NCBI GenBank assembly: GCA_050249235.1 | Contig: JBFWQW010000001.1 | Location: 18,145-82,144 of the forward strand | Direction of reading: 5' to 3' | Length of the DNA: 64,000 nt | DNA from: Acidimicrobiia bacterium | GTDB taxonomy: Bacteria > Actinomycetota > Acidimicrobiia > Acidimicrobiales > CADCSY01 | Shown: in pieces, positions 24,585 through 31,977 of the stretch | How the letters are laid out: every line of letters begins with the position of its first letter | Position numbering within the stretch: position 1 is the first letter of the stretch | Program-made: the position numbers and the translations under genes | The notes under the pieces: model-generated | Database searches by the model: none | Seen by the model: the letters and a program-made list of their open reading frames with translations, nothing else | Told to the model about the DNA's origin: nothing

Positions 24585-26240
24585 ATGTCGAAGGCGACGA
24601 TCCTCACCGTCGACGACGACGTTGCCGTGTCCCAGGCCATCACCCGAGACCTCCGCCGCCGCTACGGCGCCGACCACCGGATCGTCCGGGCCGGCTCGGG
24701 TCGGGAGGCCCTCGCCGCCCTCGAGGAACTGGCCCGCAGGGGGCGGCCGGTCGCCCTGGTGGCGTCCGACCAGCGCATGCCGGGGATGACCGGCATCGAG
24801 CTCCTCGGCCTGGTCCGCCAGCATGCGCCGGACGCCAAGCTCGTGCTGCTCACCGCCTACGCCGACACCGAGGTCGCCATCAGCGCGATCAACGACATCG
24901 GGCTCGACCACTACCTCCTCAAGCCCTGGGACCCGCCCGAGGACGGCCTCTACCCCGTAATCGACGACCTCCTCGAGGACTGGCACCGGGCCCACCCGGA
25001 CGAGACGATCGACGTGCGGGTGGTGGGCCACCGCTGGTCGGAGCGCAGCCACGAGATCAAGACCTTCCTCGCCCGCAACCACGTGCCCTACCGCTGGCTC
25101 GACGTCGAGCGCGACGCCGACGGCCGCCGCCTCCAGGAGCTGGCCGGTGCCACCCCGGGCGAGCTGCCGCTGGTGCTGGTGGCCGAGGCCGAGGCGCTCC
25201 GGGCGCCGACCACCCGGGCCGTCGCCGACGCCGTCGGCCTGCGGACCGTCGCCGAGCAGCCGCTCTACGACCTGTGCATCGTCGGGGCCGGTCCGGCCGG
25301 GCTGGCCGCGGCCGTCTACGGCGCGTCCGAGGGGCTCCAGACGGTGGTCGTCGAGCGGGAGGCGCCGGGGGGCCAGGCGGGCCAGAGCGCGGCGATCGAG
25401 AACTACCTCGGCTTCCCCAAGGGCCTCTCGGGCGGCGACCTCACCCACCGGGCCGTGGCCCAGACCCGCCGCTTCGGCGCCGAGATGGTGCTGGCCAACG
25501 ACGTGGTCGGCTTCGAGGTGCGGGGCCCGGTGCGGGCCGTGTGCCTGGCCGACGGCGCCAGCATCGAAGCCCGGTCGCTCCTCGTCGCCACCGGGGTCTC
25601 CTACCGGCTCCTCGACGGGCCCGGGCTCACCGAGCTCTCCGGCCGCGGGGTGTACTACGGCGCCGCGGCGAGCGAGGCCCGGCTGTGCGAGGGCGAAGAC
25701 GTCTACGTTGTCGGCGCGGCCAACTCGGCCGGCCAGGCCGTGCTCAGCCTGGCCGCCTTCGCCCGCAAGGTGGTGCTCGTGGTCCGCGCCGACTCGCTCG
25801 AGGGGTCGATGTCCCGCTACCTCGTCGAGCGCATCCGCGCCGCGCCCAACGTCGAGGTGCGGCTCGAGACCGAGGTCTCGGGGGCGGCCGGCGACGACCA
25901 CCTCGAGACCCTCTCGCTCGCCCACCGGGCCACGGGGGCGGTGGAGGAGGTGGCGACCAACTGGCTGTTCGTCTTCATCGGCGCCTCGCCCCGCACCGAC
26001 TGGCTCGGGCCGGCCATCGTCCGCGACGAGAAGGGCTTCGTCGTCACCGGCCCCGAGCTGCTGGCCGGGGCCGATCAGCGCTGGCCGCTGAGCCGGCCCC
26101 CGCTGCTGCTCGAGACCAGCGTTCCCGGCGTGTTCGCCGCCGGCGACGTCCGCCTCGAGTCCATGAAGCGGGTCGCGTCGGCCGTCGGGGAGGGCGCCAT
26201 GTCCGTGCACCTCGTCCACCGCTACCTGGCGTCGAGCTGA
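24585..26240 (+). CDS. fused response-regulator receiver / thioredoxin-reductase-like flavoprotein
   Basis: ATG 24585 after GGGAGGG. REC motifs (TVDDD, VASDQRMPGMTG, LLTAY, LLKPW). Then a thioredoxin-fold-like stretch, then FAD/NAD(P) Rossmann motifs DLCIVGAGPAGLAAA, VYVVGAANSAG and GVFAAGDV. Confidence 0.9.
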   Translation: MSKATILTVDDDVAVSQAITRDLRRRYGADHRIVRAGSGREALAALEELARRGRPVALVASDQRMPGMTGIELLGLVRQHAPDAKLVLLTAYADTEVAISAINDIGLDHYLLKPWDPPEDGLYPVIDDLLEDWHRAHPDETIDVRVVGHRWSERSHEIKTFLARNHVPYRWLDVERDADGRRLQELAGATPGELPLVLVAEAEALRAPTTRAVADAVGLRTVAEQPLYDLCIVGAGPAGLAAAVYGASEGLQTVVVEREAPGGQAGQSAAIENYLGFPKGLSGGDLTHRAVAQTRRFGAEMVLANDVVGFEVRGPVRAVCLADGASIEARSLLVATGVSYRLLDGPGLTELSGRGVYYGAAASEARLCEGEDVYVVGAANSAGQAVLSLAAFARKVVLVVRADSLEGSMSRYLVERIRAAPNVEVRLETEVSGAAGDDHLETLSLAHRATGAVEEVATNWLFVFIGASPRTDWLGPAIVRDEKGFVVTGPELLAGADQRWPLSRPPLLLETSVPGVFAAGDVRLESMKRVASAVGEGAMSVHLVHRYLASS

Positions 26241-27628
26241 TGGACGTCGGCGAGCTGCGACCGCTGTTCCTCTTCGAGGGGCTCGACACCGAGGTCCTGG
26301 CCGACCTGGCCGCGGCCGGCGAGGTCGTGCCCTTCGACGAGGGCGATGTCCTGTTCCACCAGGGCAAGCCGGCCGACGCGTGGTGGGTGCTGCTCGAGGG
26401 CCGGGTCGAGCTGTTCCGACGGGCCGGCCGCGAGGAGTCGATGGTCGGTGCGATGGAGCGCCCGGGTGTGTGGGCCGGCGGGTTCCGGGCCTGGAACGAC
26501 ACCGGCAGCTACATGGCCACCGGCAGGGCGTCGGCCGCGGGGCGCATGTTCCGCGTGCCGTCGGACCGCTTCGGCGACTGGGCCCGCTCGACCTTCCCGC
26601 TCGGTGCCCACCTGATCGCGGGCTTCTTCCAGACCGTGCGCACCATCGAGTCCGTCGCCGGCCAGCGGGAGGCGTTGGTCGCCCTCGGCACGCTGGCCGC
26701 CGGCCTGGCCCACGAGATCAACAACCCGGCGTCCGCGACGGCCCGGGCCGTGGACGCCCTCGAGGAGACGTGCGACGACCTGCTCTCGTCCCTGGTCCAG
26801 CTCGGCGAGCGGTCGCTGCCGGCCGAGCGCTTCGTGGCCGTCGACGCCCTCCGGCGCGAGCTGGGGCCGGCGCCCACGAGCGCCGGCGCCCTCGACGTCG
26901 CTGACCGCGAGGACGCCCTCGCCGAGTGGCTCGAGGGCCATGGCGTCGTCGAGCCGTGGCGGATCGCGCCGGCGCTGGCCGCGGCCGGTGTCGACACGGA
27001 CTGGTGCGAGCGGGCCGGCGAGATCCTCGACGGCAACACGCTCGAGCCCGGCCTCGCCTGGGTGGCGAGCACCTTGTCGGCGTCGTCGCTGCTGGCCGAG
27101 ATGAAGGAGTCGACCTCCCGGGTGTCCGCCCTGGTGGCGGCGGTGAAGTCGTACTCCCAGCTCGACCGGGCGTCGCTCCAGGTCGTCGACGTCACCGAGG
27201 GCCTGGAGAGCACCCTCGTCATGCTCGGCCACAAGCTGCGCGACGGCGTGACCGTCGTCCGCGAGTACGGCGCAGACGTGCCGCCCGTCGAGGCCAACCC
27301 CGGCGAGCTCAACCAGGTCTGGACGAACCTCTTCGACAACGCCATCGACGCCATGGCGGGTGAGGGCACGCTCCGGCTCGTGACCCGGGTCGAGGGCGAC
27401 TCGGTGGTGGTGGAGGTGGTCGACTCGGGGCCGGGCATGGAGCCCGAGGTGCGGGCCCATGCCTTCGATCCGTTCTTCACCACCAAGGACGTGGGCAAGG
27501 GCACCGGCCTGGGCCTCGACATCTCCCGACGGATCGTGGTCGAGCGCCACGGCGGCGAGATCACCATCGAGGGCGGGCCGGGCGAAACCGTGCTCCGGGT
27601 CCGCCTGCCTCGTCAGCGACCTTCGTAG
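26240..27628 (+). CDS. sensor histidine kinase with N-terminal cyclic-nucleotide-binding domain
   Basis: ATG 26240 overlaps the upstream stop (TGATG). cNMP-binding-like LFLFEGLD...GDVLFHQGKPADAWWVLLEGRVEL, H-box LAAGLAHEINNPASA, N-box NLFDNAIDAM, G-boxes DSGPGM and GKGTGLGL. Confidence 0.9.
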   Translation: MDVGELRPLFLFEGLDTEVLADLAAAGEVVPFDEGDVLFHQGKPADAWWVLLEGRVELFRRAGREESMVGAMERPGVWAGGFRAWNDTGSYMATGRASAAGRMFRVPSDRFGDWARSTFPLGAHLIAGFFQTVRTIESVAGQREALVALGTLAAGLAHEINNPASATARAVDALEETCDDLLSSLVQLGERSLPAERFVAVDALRRELGPAPTSAGALDVADREDALAEWLEGHGVVEPWRIAPALAAAGVDTDWCERAGEILDGNTLEPGLAWVASTLSASSLLAEMKESTSRVSALVAAVKSYSQLDRASLQVVDVTEGLESTLVMLGHKLRDGVTVVREYGADVPPVEANPGELNQVWTNLFDNAIDAMAGEGTLRLVTRVEGDSVVVEVVDSGPGMEPEVRAHAFDPFFTTKDVGKGTGLGLDISRRIVVERHGGEITIEGGPGETVLRVRLPRQRPS

Positions 27629-27685
27629 GAGCCGGCCGGCCCGGGTCGAGGCGGGGCGGGGCGGGGGACGGGACAGACTCGGGGG

Positions 27686-28072
27686 ATGGCGGGCTCAAGG
27701 GGCGAAGAGGACGACCGGACGCTCGAACGGGTCCGACGCCTCTGCCTCGGCCTGCCCGGGGCCGAGGAGGCGGTGCTGCAGCGCCGCCCCCTGTTCCGGG
27801 TGGGGAACCGGCGCTTCGCGCTGTTCAACGGGTCGGCGTCCCCGCCGAGCGCCCGCTGGGACGCGTCGGGCCGGTCGCTCCACTTCCTGTCCGACCCGCA
27901 CGAGCTGCCCGCGCTCAGGGAGGATCCCCGGTTCGTGCCCTCGCCCCACCACGGCCACCGGGGTTGGCTGGCGATGCGGCTCGAGGGCGCCGATCTCGAC
28001 TGGGACGAGGTCGCCGAGCTGGTGGCGTCGGCCCACCGCCAGGTGGTGCCCCGGCCGGAGCGGTCCGGTTGA
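27686..28072 (+). CDS. MmcQ/YjbR family DNA-binding protein
   Basis: 128-aa ORF. The pattern LERVRRLCLGLPGAEEAV...RPLFRVGNRRFALF is YjbR-like. CAGACT (27674-27679) lies 6 nt upstream of the ATG. Confidence 0.8.
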   Translation: MAGSRGEEDDRTLERVRRLCLGLPGAEEAVLQRRPLFRVGNRRFALFNGSASPPSARWDASGRSLHFLSDPHELPALREDPRFVPSPHHGHRGWLAMRLEGADLDWDEVAELVASAHRQVVPRPERSG

Positions 28073-28156
28073 GGTTCGTCTCCTGATCTGTGAACCCTTG
28101 TGCTGCTTGGGTCTCTTTGCGTTCGGGGTTGTGGCTGTCACTACTTGCCGGTAGCA

Positions 28157-28172
28157 TCGAACAGGTGTTCGA
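28157..28172 (+). promoter_or_regulatory. LexA (SOS) box overlapping the start codon of the HNH gene
   Basis: TCGAACAGGTGTTCGA is a perfect match to TCGAAC-N4-GTTCGA. TAGCAT (28152-28157) abuts it. The in-frame GTG 28165 lies inside the box. Confidence 0.85.
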
Positions 28173-29379
28173 GCAGCGGATGGCGGTGCTGGAAGCCGCG
28201 GTCGACGGGTTGTCGGTCCCGGCCGGGGGTCGGGCGTTGGCCCGGCTGGTGGCGTTGCGGCACCGGCTGGATGCCGTGCTGGCGTTGGCGGTGGGGGCGT
28301 TCGAGCGGGACGGGCTGTGGGAGATCGACGGGGCCACCTCGATGGTGGGCTGGTTGCGGGACCGGGCCGGGGTCGACCGGCGCGACACCGCCCGGTTGCG
28401 GGCCACCGGCCGCCACCTGGCCCGCCTCCCGGTCGTCGCGGCCGCTGCCGTGAACGGGACGCTGTCGGGCGGGCAGGTCCAGGCCGTCGTGCGGGCCGTC
28501 CCCGACGGGGCGGTGGACGTGATGGCCTCCCAGGAAGCCGACCTGGTCCCGACGCTGGCCGGGTTGACGTTGGCGGACACGGTCACGGTGTTGCAGGCGT
28601 GGCGGGCCCGGGTCGACGCCGACGGCACCGACCCGGGGGTGGAGCCGGTGCGGTCGTTGCAGCTGTCCCAGACCATCGACAACCGGTGGGAAGCGTCGTT
28701 CAGCCTGGACGCCGAAGCCGGCGCAGTGGTCGACACCGCCATCCGCCTGGCCACCACCCGCGACGTTCCCGGGGAGGTGGTGCGGACAGCGGCGGAGCGG
28801 CGGGCCGACGCCCTGGTCGACGTGTGCCGGAGCTTCCTCGACCTCCAACACGGCAAGCGGGGTGGCCGGCACCGGCCGCACCTGAACGTGATCGTCGACA
28901 CCGACCGCGACGGGCACCCCCGGTCGGCCCAGGTGGTCGACGGGCCGGTCCTGCCGGCCCGGTCGTTGCGGCGTTTGTTGTGCGACTGCACGTTGCATCG
29001 GGTCGTGCTCGGCGCCGACAGCACCATCCTCGACCTCGGCCGAGCCACCCGAACCATCCCCGCCCCCCTCTGGAACGCCCTCGTGATCCGCGACCGGCAC
29101 TGCCGCTACCCCGGCTGTGACCGGCCCGCCCACTGGTGCGACGGCCACCACCTCCAACCGTGGGAACACGGCGGGGAGACCCGACCCGACAACCTCGTGC
29201 TCCTCTGCGTCCGGCACCACCACCACCTCCACAAACCCGGCTGGCACGCCAAGCTCCTCCCCGACCTCGCCCTCGAGGTCACCGCACCCGACGGCACCCA
29301 CCACACCAGCCCCGCCCCCCGCACCCTCACCCGAGCCACAGACCCGGGGAGCGGGCCACCCGACCGGGGACCGCCCTGA
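28165..29379 (+). CDS. DUF222 domain HNH endonuclease (REP13E12-type)
   Basis: VFEQRMAVLEAAV... start at GTG 28165 (ATG 28180 is an alternative; the track start 28090 lies in GC-poor sequence). DUF222-like body and C-terminal HNH: RDRHCRYPGCDRPAHWCDGHHLQPWEHGGETRPDNLVLLCVRHHHHLH. Confidence 0.85.
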   Translation: MFEQRMAVLEAAVDGLSVPAGGRALARLVALRHRLDAVLALAVGAFERDGLWEIDGATSMVGWLRDRAGVDRRDTARLRATGRHLARLPVVAAAAVNGTLSGGQVQAVVRAVPDGAVDVMASQEADLVPTLAGLTLADTVTVLQAWRARVDADGTDPGVEPVRSLQLSQTIDNRWEASFSLDAEAGAVVDTAIRLATTRDVPGEVVRTAAERRADALVDVCRSFLDLQHGKRGGRHRPHLNVIVDTDRDGHPRSAQVVDGPVLPARSLRRLLCDCTLHRVVLGADSTILDLGRATRTIPAPLWNALVIRDRHCRYPGCDRPAHWCDGHHLQPWEHGGETRPDNLVLLCVRHHHHLHKPGWHAKLLPDLALEVTAPDGTHHTSPAPRTLTRATDPGSGPPDRGPP

Positions 29380-29555
29380 CCGGCCGTGGCGGCGTCCCGG
29401 GTGGCGGACCGCCGGACGGGGACCACCCTGGGTCGCCGTGGCGGCTTCGTCAGCGTGGCTCGCGCCGGGTCGAGAGCTCACCGCCGCCTCGTTCGGCTCG
29501 ACCGGCAGACGCGTTGGTCTGGGCGTGGACGCGACGGAGGCGCCGCCGCGCCGGG

Positions 29556-29665
29556 CGCGGTCCGGGACGCGGGGCGCCTCGGCTGCTGGCGGGCGTCGTC
29601 CGGAACGCGGCCCCTCAGTGCTCGGCGGGCGCCGTCCTGAACGCGGGCACCTCGGTGCTGGCGGG
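29556..29665. repeat. three imperfect tandem copies of a 36-38-bp unit
   Basis: The anchors TCCGGGACGCGG (29561), TCCGGAACGCGG (29599) and TCCTGAACGCGG (29635) are each followed by ...CTCgGtGCTgGCGGG. Confidence 0.6.
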
Positions 29666-29695
29666 AGGGGCGAGCGAGCGGGCAGGCTTCGCGGC

Positions 29696-30139
29696 GTGGC
29701 CGCAGAGTTCCGGAACAGGTCGGCCCAGCTGTGGTTGGCGATCTCGTCGGGGATCGCGGCCGTGATCGGCCTGGCCATGCTGACGAGCCCCGACACGCGG
29801 ATCCCGGGGCTGCTCTTCGTGGTCGTGTGGGGCGCGGTGGCGTTCCGGGCGCTGCGGGCGTCGAGCGTGGTGGTCCGGGAGCACGACGTCGAGATCCGCT
29901 CGATCGTGCGGACGAAGCGGCACCGACTGGCCGACGTGGGCCGGGTGGAGGTGGCCTACAGCCGTCTCGGCCTGTACGGCTCGGGTCGGGAGTACCTGGT
30001 GTTTCTCCGTACCGACGGTCGGCAGGAGTCGTTCATGGAGCTCAACAGCCGGCCGCCCCGCGATCCCGACGGCGACTCCGTCGTCCGCCAGGCCGCGGCC
30101 CACATCAACGACCGGCTGGGCGGGCGCCCCGACAGCTGA
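29696..30139 (+). CDS. putative membrane-anchored PH-domain-like protein (hypothetical)
   Basis: Tail of the 340-aa track ORF. Two TM helices (LWLAISSGIAAVIGLAML, IPGLLFVVVWGAVAF) followed by a beta-rich domain (VVVREHDVEIRSIVRTKRHRLADVGRVEV). The start is uncertain (GTG 29696, TTG 29735 or ATG 29777). Confidence 0.55.
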   Translation: MAAEFRNRSAQLWLAISSGIAAVIGLAMLTSPDTRIPGLLFVVVWGAVAFRALRASSVVVREHDVEIRSIVRTKRHRLADVGRVEVAYSRLGLYGSGREYLVFLRTDGRQESFMELNSRPPRDPDGDSVVRQAAAHINDRLGGRPDS

Positions 30140-30196
30140 AGGGCGCTCCGAGGGGACGCCCGGGCGCACCTGGCGGGGCGCAGGGGAGGACGAGGC

Positions 30197-31087
30197 TCAG
30201 ACGGGCGGGTCGCCGAGGAGGCGGGCTGCGTTGGCCCGGCCCACGAGCTCGAGCTCGTCGTCGGTGAGCGGGAGGCCGCGGAGGGCGTCGGCGTAGGTCT
30301 GCTGGTCGACGAGCGGGTAGTTGGTGCCGAACAGCACCCGGTCGGCGCCGATGCGGCGCACGAGCTCGGCGGTGCGGGCGGGGGACTCGACGCCGAGCCG
30401 CAACGAGGTGTCGGTCACGACGTTGGGGTAGCGCCCGGTGAGCACGGCCACGTCGTCCTCGCCGCCCTGGCCGAGGTGGGCCAGCTGCACGGTGACCGTC
30501 GGGTACGACCGCAGCACGGCGTCGAAGTGGCGGGGGTGGCCCCAGGCGGTGTCGCTGTCGTAGCCCCGGGGCCCGCTCTCGCTGAGGACGAACACGCCGT
30601 GGTCGCGGGCGCAGCGCCAGACGACCTCCATGGCCTCGTCGTCGGGGCGGGCCCGGATGAACATCGGTGCGATCTTGAGCCCACAGGCTCCGGCGGCGAG
30701 CCGCTCGGCCACCTCGGCCTCGACGAGGTCGTCCGCCATGAGCACCGGGTCGAGCCCGACCAGGCAGGCCAGCCGGTCGGGGTGGGCGGTCACCGCGCCG
30801 GCGGCCCAACGGTTGAGCTCCCGCCACTCGTCGACCACGTCGGCGGTGGCCCGGTCTCGGTCGACGCCGGCCGCGACGGCGGCGGCCACCATGTCCTGGG
30901 CCGGCAGCCAGGGGACGATCATCGTCCGGGCGATCCCGGCCCGGTCCATCGACCGCAGCAGCTCGTCGACGGTGCCCTCCCGGTCGCTGCCGAACCCCCA
31001 CCGCCCGGCGAAGGCCCGCCCGGCCGCGGCGGTGGGCTGGGTGTGGGTGTGGGCGTCGATCAGCACCTCGGCGGCCATGGCGCCCAT
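30197..31087 (-). CDS. amidohydrolase family protein (Amidohydro_2 type)
   Basis: ATG 31087 or 31078 inside the 474-aa ORF. Metal-binding LIDAHTHT at the N-terminus and a TIM-barrel hydrolase-like body ending LFGTNYP. Confidence 0.85.
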   Translation of the reverse strand: MGAMAAEVLIDAHTHTQPTAAAGRAFAGRWGFGSDREGTVDELLRSMDRAGIARTMIVPWLPAQDMVAAAVAAGVDRDRATADVVDEWRELNRWAAGAVTAHPDRLACLVGLDPVLMADDLVEAEVAERLAAGACGLKIAPMFIRARPDDEAMEVVWRCARDHGVFVLSESGPRGYDSDTAWGHPRHFDAVLRSYPTVTVQLAHLGQGGEDDVAVLTGRYPNVVTDTSLRLGVESPARTAELVRRIGADRVLFGTNYPLVDQQTYADALRGLPLTDDELELVGRANAARLLGDPPV

Positions 31088-31141
31088 CGTGCACCAGCTC
31101 GCGTCCCGGGTGCCCCCGGCCCGCGGCCTACCGTCTCGGCG

Positions 31142-31921
31142 ATGAAGCTCCAGGTGACGGCGGTCGAGGGCATCCCGATGGTCGAGCCCGGGGCCGACCT
31201 GCCGGCGCTGATCCTCGCCGCCCTGGCCGGCATGGGACTCGACCTGCAGGCCGACGACGTCGTCGCCGTCACGGGCAAGATCGTCTCGAAGGCCGAGGGC
31301 CGCCTGGTCGACCTGGCCACCGTCGAGCCCTCGCCCCGCGCCCACCGCCTGGCCGTCGAGACGGAGAAGGACCCCCGCCTGGTCGAGCTCGTCCTCCGGG
31401 AGAGCGTCGACGTGATCCGGGCCCGGCCCGGCAACCTGCTCGTGCGCCACCGCCACGGCTACGTGTCGGCCATGGCAGGGATCGACCGGTCGAACGTGGG
31501 CGGCGACGACGAGCACGCCCTCCTCCTGCCGGACGACCCCGACGCGTCGGCGGCGGCCATCCGGGGCGGGCTCCTCGCCGCCACGGGCGTGGCGGTGGCG
31601 GTGGTGGTCACCGACTCCCACGGCCGTCCCTTCCGCATCGGGAACCTGGGCGTGGCCCTCGGGGTGGCCGGCCTGCAGGCGGTGCGGGAGCTCGAGGGCA
31701 GGCCCGACCTCTTCGGCCGGCCGCTCACGGCGGCGTCGGTCGTCCCGGTGGCCGACCTGGTCGCCTCGACGGCGATGCTGGTGTCGGGCGAGGCCGACGA
31801 GGGCCTCCCGGTGGTGCTGGTGCGGGGCCTGGCCCTCACCGAGCCGCCGTCCACCGCGGCCGGCCTCCTCCGCCCCCGGGACAAGGACCTCTTCGCCGTC
31901 CCCGACCGCGACTACGGCTAG
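31142..31921 (+). CDS. cofE: coenzyme F420-0:L-glutamate ligase
   Basis: ATG 31142 inside the 481-aa ORF; TACCGT (31129-31134) lies 7 nt upstream. CofE-like VVAVTGKIVSKAEGR, GYVSAMAGIDRSN and VVVTDSHGRPFR. Confidence 0.9.
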   Translation: MKLQVTAVEGIPMVEPGADLPALILAALAGMGLDLQADDVVAVTGKIVSKAEGRLVDLATVEPSPRAHRLAVETEKDPRLVELVLRESVDVIRARPGNLLVRHRHGYVSAMAGIDRSNVGGDDEHALLLPDDPDASAAAIRGGLLAATGVAVAVVVTDSHGRPFRIGNLGVALGVAGLQAVRELEGRPDLFGRPLTAASVVPVADLVASTAMLVSGEADEGLPVVLVRGLALTEPPSTAAGLLRPRDKDLFAVPDRDYG

Positions 31922-31949
31922 CTCCTCGCCGGCACCGCCGCTTGGAGGA

Positions 31950-31965
31950 TCGAACAGACGTTCGA
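31950..31965 (+). promoter_or_regulatory. LexA (SOS) box upstream of dnaE2
   Basis: TCGAACAGACGTTCGA is a perfect match. TTGGAG (31942-31947) is a -35 candidate. TAGGGT (31966-31971) is followed by ATG 31978 six nt later. Confidence 0.85.
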
Positions 31966-31977
31966 TAGGGTGGGGCC

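Noticed and set aside
24271-24789. 172-aa ORF crossing the 20-bp inverted repeat into the REC gene
   Set aside because: It is out of frame with the REC-flavoprotein and Arg/Pro-rich. The region 24410-24584 is better explained as intergenic with hairpins.
29438-29695. Longer version of the PH-like membrane protein starting at GTG 29438
   Set aside because: About a quarter of third codon positions are A/T in this stretch, against roughly a tenth in real genes here. It consists of Arg/Gly-rich repeat translation.
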